Part shown: positions 38,781 to 51,749 of the stretch, in pieces
Layout of the letters: each line of letters starts with the position of its first letter
Position numbering within the stretch: position 1 is the stretch's first letter
DNA from: Chiloscyllium plagiosum
Lineage: Eukaryota
Reading direction: 5' to 3'
Length of the DNA: 64,000 nt
Assembly (NCBI RefSeq): GCF_004010195.1
Contig: NC_057748.1
Location: 17,346,885-17,410,884, forward strand
Made by a program: the position numbers and the translations under genes
Notes under the pieces: model-generated
What the model was told of the DNA's origin: nothing
Databases searched by the model: none
The model's input: only the letters and a program-made list of their open reading frames with translations

Positions 38781-39281
38781 CACATGCTGACCCTTGGCAA
38801 TGACACACCCATCCCAGAAAAGGATTGAACCAAAATACAAATGGAATTCTTCCCCTCACGTGCTCAGATTGACGTTAATCAGCCCTTTTGCCATCATTGG
38901 AGTTATTGTTTTATCCTGGATCCTGGTTAGTCAGAGCCGCACAACACAGACAAAGTCCTTCAGCCCGTCGGGTCTGTGCCAACCCAGCTACACGAGTGCC
39001 CCTTTGCTGTACTTGAATTTGAATGGTATTTCTGGCGCCCTCCCGGACATTTTGTAAATGTTGTGAGGTTTGCTGCCTCTATGGCCCTCCCTTCCGGGTG
39101 CCTGTGGCCCAGCAGGGATGGTGAGTGGTTGGCTTGGTGCTAGCCACTGGCTAAGCCAAGGTGGCCCTGTGTTTGGGCTCCAGCTCAGTCTCCGTGAGGC
39201 AGCTCGGGGGGCTCCAGGCCACTCATGGTCGATCAGCTGGATCCGGTTCTGACCTCACTGTGGGACATGTCTCTCTTTCAG

Positions 39282-39381
39282 GGGCACCTTTATCGAATTC
39301 CGGAATGGGATGCTGAATGTATCTCCCATCGGCCGGAGCTGCACCCTGGAGGAACGTATCGAGTTCTCCCGGATTGACAAG
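39282..39381 (+). CDS. PMM1: PMM1 exon 5 ([33 protein letters not shown]); exons 6-8 not found
   Basis: 100 nt, conserved PMM motif [20 protein letters not shown] boundaries. Confidence 0.96.
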
Positions 39382-39772
39382 GTAACCCTGGGGTGTGGGC
39401 TGTTGGGGAGTGGGGGCAGTAAGATCCTGCACCATTCAGCATGCGCTACCCTCCTGAATCCTCCCATGGGGGGAGGGGTAGGGGGCAGGAAGGGTAATTA
39501 GGGACGGGCAATAGATACTGGGCCCGGCCAACGATGCCCATGTCCCCAGCAACAGTGAACACCAGACACTGAGGTTCTTTTCCTGTGGAGGCCATTCAGC
39601 TTCTCAAGCCTGCTCTCCCTTCAGTGAGATGGCAGCATTTTCAGTCCTTCTAACACCCCGATTCTGTCATGGGTTTTAAGGCTGCAGGAAATGACCTGAG
39701 CACCAATCAAAGTTCTTTTTCCAGTGAACCTTCCCTCTTCAGGACCAAGGGTGACATGCTTCCCCCAACCCC

Positions 39773-40272
39773 NNNNNNNNNNNNNNNNNNNNNNNNNNNN
39801 NNNNNNNNNNNNNNNNNNNNNNNNNNNNNNNNNNNNNNNNNNNNNNNNNNNNNNNNNNNNNNNNNNNNNNNNNNNNNNNNNNNNNNNNNNNNNNNNNNNN
39901 NNNNNNNNNNNNNNNNNNNNNNNNNNNNNNNNNNNNNNNNNNNNNNNNNNNNNNNNNNNNNNNNNNNNNNNNNNNNNNNNNNNNNNNNNNNNNNNNNNNN
40001 NNNNNNNNNNNNNNNNNNNNNNNNNNNNNNNNNNNNNNNNNNNNNNNNNNNNNNNNNNNNNNNNNNNNNNNNNNNNNNNNNNNNNNNNNNNNNNNNNNNN
40101 NNNNNNNNNNNNNNNNNNNNNNNNNNNNNNNNNNNNNNNNNNNNNNNNNNNNNNNNNNNNNNNNNNNNNNNNNNNNNNNNNNNNNNNNNNNNNNNNNNNN
40201 NNNNNNNNNNNNNNNNNNNNNNNNNNNNNNNNNNNNNNNNNNNNNNNNNNNNNNNNNNNNNNNNNNNNNNNN
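39773..40272. other. Assembly gap of exactly 500 N (likely placeholder of unknown true size)
   Basis: Round-number N run; PMM1 exons 6-8 were not found in the sequenced DNA that follows. Confidence 0.85.
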
Positions 40273-40394
40273 GCTGATCTGATAATCCCCAACGCTGATT
40301 TCTTGCCTCAACCCAGAAGCTCTGAGTTCGTGTCCCACTTCCAGGGTTTCAAGAGCAAGGAGATGTGCTCATAATGAGGTCAAACAGGTACAGC

Positions 40395-40692
40395 ATCATA
40401 GGATCCCTGCAAGGGAGAAAGAGGCCATTCAGCCCAGCAAATGTGCTCCCACTCTCCAAAGAGCATCCCTCCACCCTATCCCCTATTTTCCCACCTAGCC
40501 TGCACACTATGGGTAATTTAGCATGGCCAATCCACCTAACCTGCACATCATTGGACTGTGGGAGGAAACCGGAGCACTCGGAGGAAACCCACGCAGACAC
40601 GGGGAGGATGTGCAAACTCCACACAGACAGTCGCCTGAGTCTGGAATCGAACCCAGGTCCCTGGTGCTGTGAGGCAGCAGCACCAACCACTG
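40395..40692 (-). mobile_element. HE1-type SINE
   Basis: Consensus match on the minus strand. Confidence 0.82.
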
Positions 40693-41019
40693 AAGGACCG
40701 TGCCAATGTCAGGCAGTAGGAAGGGGAGCGATTCCTGGTCCGTGCGATGGAAGGAATGTTGGGATCTCTACGTCATGCTCCACACTCCAACACGCACACT
40801 GAGCCAACGCCACAGGTACCATCTCCACAGCAACGGAGGGGTTGGGTAGGGCTATTATGATGACCGCCCCGTGTGGCATATCTGTTGACACCCTCTTGGC
40901 GAGGTGCGAGGTGTTAGGGGGAAGCCTGGTGTGAGGCGGACAATACAAAGAGGCCATTTGGCCCATCGGCAGCGTGCTAGCATGTGTCCTTCCTTCCGTC
41001 CTTGTTCCCAGGGCTGGGC

Positions 41020-41345
41020 GAGATGAAATAGACAAGGTCTTTTCCCCAGGGTGGGGCAGTCCATAACTAGGGTGAGAGGGGAAAGATTTAAAAGGGATGT
41101 AAGGGGCAACTTTTTTTCACACAGCGGGTGGTGCGTGTATGGAATGAGCTGTGAGAGGAAGTGGTGGAGGCTGGCACAATTACAGCAGCTAAAAGGCATC
41201 TGGATGGGTACATGAATAGGAAGGATTTAAGAGGGATATGGGCCAAGTGCTGGCAAACTGGACTAGATTAATTTCAGATATCTTGTTGGTATGGACAAGT
41301 TGGACCAAAGGGTCTGTTTCCGTGCTGTACATCTCTATGACTCTG
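41020..41345 (+). mobile_element. CR1/HER1-type LINE 3' end
   Basis: Same 3' sequence as other copies, ending atctctatgactct. Confidence 0.85.
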
Positions 41346-42058
41346 TCGTAAGGATTTACGGGTCCATAGTGAACCTGATTAGCTAGGTTAGCAAGTCCTG
41401 GCATGGGGCCCGAGCCTGCAGTTTCTGGTCCAGAGGTAGGGACATTACCCACAGTGCCCATGTGCTCTCCCTGTGTCAGTGTATTCCAAAACTAACCCCC
41501 TCTCTCCATTCAAGATCCTGACCATTTCTCATTGAAGAATTATGTAAATAACTCATTTGGGAATCACATGCCCCCTAGTGGCTGAAGCACAACTGATCAT
41601 GTTGCAGCAGTAAAAAAATAACAATTTGCATTTATGTAGCACCCTTTATTTAGAAACAGTCCCAATGTGCTTCATTGATGTGTGATGAGACAAAATTCGA
41701 CACCAACTGAAAAAAAGGATTTTGAGGGTGTCGACAGAGAGAGCGCTGACATGTTTCCAGTTGCTGGGAGAAATCTAAAACCTATGTCACAGTCTCACAA
41801 CAAGGTTTCTCCATTTACAATGTAGACGAGGATGAATTTGTTCTCCAAGAGGGTCGGGGGTCTTTGGAATTCTCTTCTCTTGAGAGCAATGGAGGCCAAG
41901 GCAGTGAAAATATTTTAGGCTGTGTTAGGCAAGGGGCTCAAGGGTTAAAGGCAGAGAGGCTGAGAAGGGGAGTTAAGGTCGTGATCAGATCAGCCATGAG
42001 CTTATCGAATGGCCTACCCCTTCCTCCTATTTCCTATGACCTTTTAAAGCGATATGAG

Positions 42059-42294
42059 TTAAATAACTCGATGCAGGCTGGCATCCCGTCACCAAGTCAC
42101 CTTTCATTTACACGCGCACAGTACATGACACTGATCCAGCCCCCTCAGAGCCAGTTCTCAGAGCAAACAGAACCTCTGACACTCCTGTTTCTATCTGTCA
42201 GCCAGGGCTCCCTGATAGGACCAGATTAACAGCCCCAATCAGGGAACTCATAGTCTATGAGGTCCAACTGGCTGCTCTTGTTGTAACCACTACA
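42059..42294 (-). mobile_element. Short solo-LTR-like repeat; relatives at ~44335-44520 (minus) and 55159-55356 (plus)
   Basis: Three copies share gtcagccagg..ccctgat..accagattaacagccccaatcagggaactcata. The plus copy runs TG...CA with AATAAA near the 3' end. Confidence 0.6.
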
Positions 42295-43229
42295 ATGAAG
42301 ACCACTGACTTAAAGCTAACCTTGCATACCTCATGCATGAGTATACCCAGAGGTGTTCTGTACAGTAAGTTCTCTTACAACACCATAGATTGGTTCCCAT
42401 ACGATCTCGCTTTATAAGAAAATCATGCAACACCAGCACTATATAAACTAATGGGGCTGGAATCATGTTATAATCCAGACCCAATCCCTTACCCTATTAC
42501 TTACATTTATCCCTGTCTAACGCACCTAACCTACACATCCCTGACACTATGGGCAAATTGGCCATGTTAAATTGCCCATAGTGTTCAGGGATGTGTAGGT
42601 TAGGTGCATTAGTCAGGGGTAAATATAAGGTAAATAGAACATAGAACACAGAACAATACAGCACAGAACAGGCCCTTTGGCCCTCTATGTTGTGCCGACC
42701 TGTGAACTAATCTAAGCCCATTCTTCTACACTATTCCATCATCATGTGCTGGGTAGGGGAATGGATCTAAGTGGGTTACTCTTTGGAGGGTCGGTGTGGA
42801 CTTGTTGGGTTGAAGGGCCTGTTTCCACACTGTAGGGATTCTATGATTCTAGGTAAGGAAAGTTCATTTTCTACAAATGTTGGTGTAAATTCAGCAATCG
42901 TGTTATAGCCAATTTGTGTTGTAGAAACATGTGCTATTGGAGACCCGCCTGTACCTCTGAGCTCTGCAATCTCTCACCATTCAGATAAAGTGCTTCACTT
43001 TTAATCCTCTTGCCCAAACCGGACAATTTCACATGTTCCCACATCATACTCATTATGTCATGGGCAGTCTCTGTGGCAGGAGCTGCCGAGGAGGACACTG
43101 AGCTGAGAAAGTCCTTGCTTAGGTGGTCTCTGTTTCCACAGTGTCTCTTTGTTAGCCAGCTGAGCTCTCCCCCTACAATGCCTGAAATAACACCCACAAA
43201 GGTCGGAATCCCGTCAACAAGTCATCCTT

Positions 43230-44325
43230 TAGAATCGTAGAATTGTACAGCACAGAAACATACTCTTTGGTACAACTTGTCCATGTTGACCAGATGTCCT
43301 AAATTAATCTAGTCCCATTTGCCAGCACTTTTTCTTTATTCATTCACAAGATAAGCCAGCATTTATTGCCTATCCCTAATTGCCCAGAGGGCAGTTAAGA
43401 GTCAACCACATTGTTGTGGGTCTGGAGTCACATGTAGGCCAGACTGGGTAAGGATGGCAATTTCCTTCCCTAAAGGACATTAGTGATCCCGATGGGTTTT
43501 TCTGACAATTGACAATGGATTCATGGTCATTATTAGATTCTTAATTCCTGATTTTTATTGAATTCAAATTCCACCAACTGCCGTGACAGGATTTGAACCC
43601 CGGTCCCCAGAATATTATCTGGGTCCCTGGATTAACAGTCCAGCGATACAAGCACTCAGCCATTGCCTCCCCCATATCCCTCCAAACCCTTCCTATTCGT
43701 GTACTCATCCAGGTGCCTTTTAAATGTTGTAACTGTACCAGCCTCCACTACTTCCTTGGGCAGTTCATTCCATACACGTACCACCCTCTGTGTGAAAACA
43801 TTGCCTCTTAGGTCCCTTTTAAATCTTTCCTCTCTCGCCTTAAACCTATGCCCTCCAGTTTTGGACTTCCCAACCCTGGGGAAAAAGATCTTGGCTATTC
43901 GCCCTATCCATGTCCCTCAGCTTTTATAAGGTCTCTCCTCAGCCTCCGATGCTCCAGGGAAAATAGCCCCAGCTTATTCAGCCTCTCCCTATAGCTCAAA
44001 CCCTCCAAACTAGCAACATCCTTGTAAAACATTTTTTTGCACTCTTCCAAATTTCACAACGTGTGTACTGTCATAGAGTCATAGAGATATACAGCATGGA
44101 AACAGACCCTTCAGTCCAACCCGTCCATGCCGACTAGATATCCCAACCCAATCTAGTCACACCTGCCAGCACCCGGCCCATATCGCTCCAAACCCTTCCT
44201 ATTCATATACCCATCCAAATGCCTCTTAACTGTTGCAAATGTTCCAGCCTCCACCACTTCCTCTGGCAGCTCATTCCATACACATACCATCCTCTGTGTG
44301 AAAAGGTTGCCCCTTAGGTCTCTTT
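43230..44325 (-). mobile_element. Cluster of CR1/HER1 3' fragments with a nested tRNA-SINE (43330-43670)
   Basis: Two CR1 tails (43230 and 44070); the second SINE family interrupts the first tail. Confidence 0.8.
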
Positions 44326-44589
44326 ATGTATAGCACATTATTTACATGTGAACAGTCCTTGAATATAGTTCTGCTGCATCAGAGATAGTTATCAGAGTGT
44401 CAGCATCTCTGACACCCCCCCTTGTAATCTGTCAGCCAGGACCCCCTGATTGTACCAGATTAACAGCCCCAATCAGGGAACTCATATTCCAAGCTGGCTG
44501 ACCTCATTACAATCACTACAAGTTCAAACTGTAAAATTTATTTCTATGACTTAAAATCTTTACAGAAAGCTCAATATTTGTGTAGGGAT

Positions 44590-44902
44590 AGCTTGAAACA
44601 GTTAATAAAGCATATCGTGTCCTCGGCTTTATTAATAGGGGCATTGAGTATAAGAGCAGGGAGGTGATGTTGAATTTGTATAAGTCACTTGTTAGGCCTC
44701 AGCAGGGGTTGTGGGCACCACATTACAGGATAGATGGGAATGCATCGGCAAGCTTGCAGAAGCAGCTTACAAGAATGGTTTCACGAATGAGAAACTTTAG
44801 TTGTGAAGTTCAATTTAAGTATATGGGACTGTTCTCCCTAGAGAGAAGGCGGTTGAGGGGAGATCTGACAGAGGCTTTCAAAATTGTGAGCAAGCTGGAT
44901 AG
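44590..44902 (+). mobile_element. CR1-type LINE fragment, host of the LTR element; continues at 51500-51745
   Basis: LYKSLVRPQ...GLFSLERRRLRGDLTEAFKIV...LDR, resuming after the TSD with DKL...RGHRFKV. Confidence 0.85.
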
Positions 44903-45494
44903 AGTTATGGACCAGGCCCCTCCCCCTCAAGAAGGCAGTCCAGACCCTAACTTTGCTCGTTGTTTTAAGCAAGTGTAAAGTGGATATTCCAAGAGTGATG
45001 CAGCTGGTCAAACCATTTTGTTTTAAACAAGAAAGAATTTATTTGCAAGATTACTGAATGAACCACAAACAAAAGAGAACACAATACAAGAATAACCTAA
45101 CCTCTCCAAAAACCCAACAGATTATCCCAACCTAATTATGCTGTTCCCAATACTTGCAATAATCCCCATAAACACCCCTTGGCACAAAAGGTAAAATCAA
45201 ATCCAGAGTCTTACAGCAGAGAAATCAGAGAGAGAGAGAGAGTGCCAGCCTAAACCTGCTTCTTTGGGTCCAGCAGCTTTAAAACACTACTGCTATAAAC
45301 TAAAACAAACCAGAGACAAGCTGAGCTGGGAGAACTGGCCACTTCCCTTTCATTGTACAAGTGTTTTCTTTTCAAAACCTTGAAAGCCTGTTGCCTGAGG
45401 CAGTATCTGTTAGCTATAATCAAACTGGCCCTAATCCTAGACTTTTCAGAGGCTGTATCTTTTAAGGACAACATAAGTGAGCAGCATTGTCACA
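44903..45494 (-). repeat. 3' LTR of the Gmr1-like element
   Basis: Aligns by eye to 50862-51495; on the minus strand starts TGTGAC immediately after the polypurine tract. Confidence 0.9.
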
Positions 45495-45574
45495 CCTCCC
45501 CCTCCCCTTAAAACAACCCATCAATATCCAAAGATGGCTTCATTTTAAAACCCCTTAATCTTATACTGTTACAA

Positions 45575-45740
45575 CAGAGGAGCCTCAATTGTCCGGCATT
45601 CAATTATCGGAATTTCGGATTATCCAAACAAGATCTCAAGGTCCCGATACATGGCTAAACTATTTTATCCAGCATTCCATTATTGGCATTAGATTAACTG
45701 AACAAACACTCGTGGCCTTTGGATAATCGAGGTCCCTCTG
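45575..45740. mobile_element. Tigger/pogo-like MITE inside the LTR element
   Basis: Imperfect TIRs cagaggagcctcaattgtcc / ggataatcgaggtccctctg, followed by TA. Confidence 0.7.
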
Positions 45741-46578
45741 TACTCTACAACACACATATACATTACATTAACTATAAACATGCAAACGTGCACAACTACA
45801 TTCTGTTCCAGTCTGGTGTACCCCTGCCATCGAACGCCTCCATTTCTCATCCAAGCCTGGACAATACATTGGCAATCAACATCCTCTCGTCCTGCCACTT
45901 GAACAATGTTCAAATTGAGCAGCTGTAACATCAAGTTCCATTTAACCAGAGTGGCATTTTGGTCCTTAAATTTCTCCACAAACTTCAATGGGCTATGATC
46001 AGTGTATATGATTGTCTCAGATACGTTACTGGTAACATAAACATGAAGTAACGCCTACATCAAGCTCAAAGTCTCCTTCTCAACCATCGAATATTTCTGC
46101 TGATGAACACCTGATAGGTCTTTCTAATTTCTCATCGTCTTCTTGCAAGAGCACAGCACCGACACCCACATCACTCACATCGATAGCCATCGTGAATGGT
46201 TTTGTTTAATTAAGAGTGGCTAATACTGAGGCAGTGGGTAACACAGCTTTCAGGCTGTCAAACACCTTCTGACAGTCCACTGTCTACTGAAACGTCTTGC
46301 CTTTCTTTAGCAATTCAGTGAGGGGAGTAGCCACACTGTTAACATCTGGTAAGAATTTTCGATAAAATCCACTCAATCCCTGGAACTGTAGTAATGCTCT
46401 TTTTGTCGATGGTATGGGAAATTCACCAATTACATTCATTTTTGCATCCCATGGGGCCATTTGTCCCTGCCCAATAGCATGGCCCAGAAAGGTGACTTGT
46501 AGCCATGTTTATCACCAAGCCCACCTTCTGAAGTTGATTGAACAATTCTGATAAATATTGCAGATGGTCCTCCATGTA

Positions 46579-47413
46579 CAGGGGAACCTAAATTATCCGA
46601 ACGAGGTGGGCGGGGACTATTTCATTGGGATAATCGAATATTCAGTTAATCGATTAAATGCCTTTCCTCTGGGGCTTGGAGTCCAANNNNNNNNNNNNNN
46701 NNNNNNNNNNNNNNNNNNNNNNNNNNNNNNNNNNNNNNNNNNNNNNNNNNNNNNNNNNNNNNNNNNNNNNNNNNNNNNNNNNNNNNNNNNNNNNNNNNNN
46801 NNNNNNNNNNNNNNNNNNNNNNNNNNNNNNNNNNNNNNNNNNNNNNNNNNNNNNNNNNNNNNNNNNNNNNNNNNNNNNNNNNNNNNNNNNNAGACACATA
46901 CACAGACAGACGCGCCCCCAACNNNNNNNNNNNNNNNNNNNNNNNNNNNNNNNNNNNNNNNNNNNNNNNNNNNNNNNNNNNNNNNNNNNNNNNNNNNNNN
47001 NNNNNNNNNNNNNNNNNNNNNNNNNNNNNNNNNNNNNNNNNNNNNNNNNNNNNNNNNNNNNNNNNNNNNNNNNNNNNNNNNNNNNNNNNNNNNNNNNNNN
47101 NNNNNNNNNNNTTTACCACAAACGTTTGACAGATTCCACATTTACCTTGTACAGGACAATGTTGAAGAGATTATCTGGGGAATTTGGGGTTTAGGTACAC
47201 ACCTGTGTAGAACTCCAGGGAGAGTGTGGGGGGAGAGAGAGAGGGCAGGAGGTCAGTCATTTGGAGACGGTGCCTGTTTAATTACTGTAAACAAAAGACA
47301 TGATCACTGTTGGAAAAACATCTTTGATGTAATGTTTCTATTGGGACCTTGAGATCTCCTTCGGATAATCCGATTTTTGGATAATTGGTATTCAGATAAT
47401 CGAGGTTCCACTG
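46579..47413. mobile_element. Tigger/pogo-like non-autonomous DNA transposon interrupting RT just after YIDD (contains N gaps)
   Basis: TA + caggggaacctaaattatccga ... tcagataatcgaggttccactg. The RT frame (DDLITFSQ / TW..DHLQ) rejoins across it. Confidence 0.75.
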
Positions 47414-50400
47414 TCTGACTAAAAGTTATCAGGTCATCGATATATACAGCACAGTTGGGTAATCCAGCAATTACCCTATTGGTCAGTTCTGAACTGTGGC
47501 TGGTGCATTTTTCATACCAAATGGCATGACTTTAAACCGATATAGTCCATTAGGCGTTTTGAAAGTTGAAATTGCCTTTGCTCTTTCTGATAAAGGTACC
47601 AGCCAGTATCCTCTGAGCAAGTCCAACTTAGAAATGTAAGTTGCTTGACCTACCTTTTCAACACAGTCTTCCAAACGCGGAATGGGATATGCATCAGCTT
47701 TTGTAATGGCGTTGACTTTGTGATAGTCTGCACATAACCATTGGGTACCGTTTGGTTTTGGCACCTTTACTATGGGTAAGCTCCAGTCACCGTAATTCAC
47801 TTTGATTATGCCATCTTGGAGCATGTGTTCAACCTCCTTTTGAACCTGTGTCAACTTTGGAAGGCTATGCCTATAAGGATGTTGCTTAATCAGAACAGTA
47901 TCTCCTATACCTACATTACACATAATTAGGTTAGTACTTCTCACTTATTCCTACATATCTCCCCATGTGATAGTAATAATTCAGGTCATTTCAATTTTCA
48001 TCGGGAAGGTAACTCAATAACTTATCCCAATTTTTGATAACTTCCTCATTGTTCAATTCAATTTGAGAAATGTCCAATTCACAATCCTCTGAACCTGGAT
48101 CTTCCCTCTGTGTTGTAACCAATAACCCAGTCTCCTTTGGCTTTCCTTCCCTGACAAAATACCTTTTGAGCAGATTCATAAGACACACTCTGTGAGATTT
48201 CTTCCTGTCTGGAGTCCTTCTCAAATAGTTCACCTCACTCGATTTCTTTTTGACTTGTTAAGGACCTTGCTTTTAAAGGTTCACCTATCACTGGAAGTAA
48301 CACTAACATCTTATCCCCAATAGCAAAGTTGCGAGTCTTTGATTTCTTGTATGCTTCCTGTTTCATTGTAGGCTGTGTGATATTTCTAAATGCTGTCTCG
48401 CCAACTCCCCCACTTTATTTAATTGTTCTCAAAATTTTAACACATAGTCCAAACATGTGGTCTCTGAATTCTGACTTGTCAATTTCTCCTTAATCAATTT
48501 TAATGGTCCTCTCACTTCATGCCAAAAACTAATCCAAATGGACTGCATTTGGTGCAAAAAGCAAAAAACCAAATTGATCTGATCGCAAAAAGCACAAATG
48601 GAATTCCCTTATCCCAAACATCAGGATAGTCCTGACAATAAATCCTCAACATGGTCTTTAATGTCTGATGCCACCTTTTGCGACTCTGGATGGTACACAG
48701 TAGATTTGAATTGTTTTATTCCTAAGCTGTCCATAACTTCCTTGAATAATTTTGGTGTAAAGTTTGACCTTTGATCTGATTGTATCTCTGTCGGTGAAAA
48801 ATTTGAGTAATTCCTCAACAATCCTTTTAGCTATGACATTGCACAATCTAGTCTAGTCAACACTTCCATTATTGTTAACAAATACTGGTTACCACTTTTT
48901 GTTTGAGGTAGAGGTCCTATGCAACTAATTTCGACTGTTGTAAAAGGTTCCTCAAATGCAGGGATAGGGATTAAAGGTGCGGGCTTTATTACTGCCTGTG
49001 GTTTTCCAATTACCCGACATGTCCGGCAAAATTCAACTATATCCAGGTCAGTAAAAATGATTTTGTATTTTAGCCTGAGTTTTTCTCACTCCTAAATGAC
49101 CCCTAGAGGTAACTCATAACACCTCCCTTCTGTAACCCACTAGTAATACAACTTGATGACCTTCTGCCCATTTCTCATCTGCCTGAATATGTGATGGTGT
49201 CCATTTCCTCATTAAGAAATCATTTTAAAGATAATAACATTCAGGGACACATTCAGACTCCTTTTCTGTGTACGCCTTTTGATACAATTGCTTTAAATGT
49301 TCCCCTTTCTGCTGTAACTCAGTTAATTTCTCTGAACTAAATATGTCTGCATTGTCATCTATCTGCTCCTGGTTTGTATCAACCATCTGATCAATTCCAC
49401 TTCAACTTCCTTATCTATACTCTTTGATCTGTTTTTCCTGTTTTAACTGGTGACTTTGTGACCCCGTTACCACACAGTCAGGAAAAATTCCTGGATATGC
49501 ATCCTCAATAGTTCAGTTGTCTGAGTTTCCACTGGCTTTTCAACCACAGTAGGCAGCACTCCTACCTGTGTACCAGCTGTATCATTAGCAAGGACAAACT
49601 GTACTCCCGGAGCTGAGCATTTGCCAGTACTCCTGCCATGACTTCTCCACTCTTCTGTGGACACTCTAACCTTACCTGACAGAATTGAGCACTTCTTGTC
49701 GCACCATGAATCCCAATTACTGGCACCTTTTCTGGCAGTAGTCCTTCAGAAGTACATATCACAGATTGGGAGGATCCTGTGACTCTTAATATTGCAACCA
49801 CTTTACCTGCTGCTCCTAGTCTATGTGAGTAAACTTTACGATTGCAGGTAAGTGGTTTAAGAAGATCTGGCACTCCCTCCGTAACCAACCTCTGACCAGC
49901 TTGTACATTCTGGTGTAGCTTTCTAACCTCCATTGTGCTTTCTGTTACCACTCCAACAAAATTCACTGGCGTTTCCTGTTTTCCACATCTGGCTTCTCAG
50001 TGATCTTCCTAACCCACCAACGCTGCGATTTCATGTGGCCTACTTAATTGCAGTGAAAACAGCAAAGCTTTTTAACTTCTCTTTCCCCTTCAGGGATTTC
50101 CTTTTTACCCTGTGGTAAGTTATCCTTTTGATCTTCACCGAGATCTATCTTTCCCTTTCCACGTGAGGATTCCTCTTTTCCCCAAGTTCCATCCCTAAAG
50201 GATTGAAATTGACTTTGGAAGCCAAATATTGATTTATGGAGCAATTTATAACCATCAGCCATTTCAGCTGCTAATCTTGCGGTTTTAACTCTCTGCTCTT
50301 CCACACGAGTTCTCATTACTTCAAGAAGTGAATTTTTGAACTCCTGCCTTAGTGCCAGTTTCTGAAGTTCAAACTCCATCTCTTTCTTCCTTTCCTCTCT

Positions 50401-50861
50401 CTCCTTTTCTTTCTCTTCTCTCTCTCTTCCACTTTTTGTTCTGTTAAAGCGATTTGTTCTTCTTCTCTTTCCTCTGCTTTTATTTGTAATTCAAACTGTT
50501 TCATTTCTGTTGCCCTTTCCTTGTCTTTCGCCTCTAACTCAAGTTGCTTCATTTGCAATTCCAGCAAATGTAAATGCTGAGCTACTGCTGTAATTATCTC
50601 TCCTTTCCTCACGGAGGGAGGCAGCTCCAGCTCCAGCCTGTCTGCTAATTCCAGCAGCTTGGCCTTCACCACTTTTTGCAAAAAACCCCAAAGCCATTTC
50701 TTCTACCCCAAGGAAACTCTCGGTGACTGGAAGAGACATTGCTATCCCAAGCACTGTTTAAACCAATCGAATTCAATGCCCTACCACTTGCTGCCTTTGA
50801 CTCTGGCAACCCTAATCCCAAATCCGAACTATAGAACAAATCCTGCAAAGAGCCCCCAGTC

Positions 50862-51495
50862 TGTTATGGACCAGGCCAGGACTCTCCAAACATTTCAAGA
50901 AGGTAGCCCAGACCCTAACTTTGCTCATTGTTTTAAGCAGGTGTAAAGTGGATATTCCAGGAGTGATGCAGCTGGTCAAACCTCTTAGTTTTAAACAAAA
51001 TTGAATTTATTTACCAGATTATGGAATGAAATACAAACGAATACAGAATAACTTAGCCTATCCAAAATGCCGACAGACAATCCCAACTTAATGTTGCTGT
51101 TCCCAATACTTGCAATAATCCCCATAAATGCCCCTTGGCACGAAAGGAAAAATCAAACACAGGGTCTTACAGGAGAGAAGTCAGAGAGAGAGAGAGAGAG
51201 CGTACCAGCCTAAACCTGCTTCTTTGGGTCCAGCAGCTTTAAAACACTACTGCTATAAACCAAAACAAACCAGAGACAAGCTGAGTTGGGAGAACTGGCC
51301 ACTCTCCTTTTATGGTACAAGTGTTTGTTTTCAAAAACTTGAAAGCCTGTTTCCTGAGGTAATATCTGTTAGCTGTAATCAAACTGGCTTTGAAACCCTT
51401 CAACTTAGACCTTTTGGAGTCTGTGTATTTTACGAGTTCTCTGAAAAAAGAAGTCAGGGACACCGTAACCTTGTTAATGGAGCAGCTTTGTCATA
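50862..51495 (-). repeat. 5' LTR of the Gmr1-like element
   Basis: On the minus strand ends CCATAACA, followed within 3 nt by the PBS. Confidence 0.9.
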
Positions 51496-51749
51496 ATAGG
51501 GACAAGCTGATCCTGCTCACAAGGAGAACAAGAATGAGAGGACACAGATTTAAAGTTATCTGCAAATGAAACAAGGGTGATGTGTTTAAAAAATGTTGTC
51601 ACACAGCGAGTAGCTAGGGTCTGGAATACACTGTCCGGAAATGTGTGGAGGCAGGTTCAATTGAGGTATTCAAGAGGGTCATTCAATGGTTATTTAGATA
51701 GAGATGTAGTGCAGGGATATCAGAAAAGGTAGGAGATTGGTACTAGTCT

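Larger units (their letters stand above)
44903..51495 (-). mobile_element. Gmr1-like (Ty3/Gypsy group) LTR retrotransposon, decayed: gag, PR, IN, RT, RH
   Basis: Direct-repeat LTRs 44903-45494 and 50862-51495; TSD ATAG (44899-44902 / 51496-51499); PBS TGGGGGCTC (tRNA-Pro type) at ~50850-50858; PPT at 45495-45508. gag: KAKLLELAD...CFHCN. PR: ILRVTGSSQS. IN: GHLGVRKT...IQSDQRSNF...YHPESQ. RT: WLCADYHKVN...MPFGMKNAPAT...YIDD. RH: IDVSDVGVGAVL...YTDH. Many stops and frameshifts. Confidence 0.92.

Noticed and set aside
27158-39381. Assignment as PMM2
   Set aside because: The 118-nt exon 2 with the GEGEEV segment, the GGSDY..IAEQL sequence and the DESI1/POLR3H neighbours all indicate PMM1.
43055-43080. 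Minus-strand peptide TETAHD resembling the human PMM1 C-terminus (PETAHEA)
   Set aside because: Wrong strand for PMM1 and lacks the GGND motif of the last exon; likely chance.
50349-50681. Glu/Lys/Arg-rich coiled-coil ORF that could be taken for a host gene
   Set aside because: Lies just after the PBS inside the LTR element; it is the gag N-terminal region.
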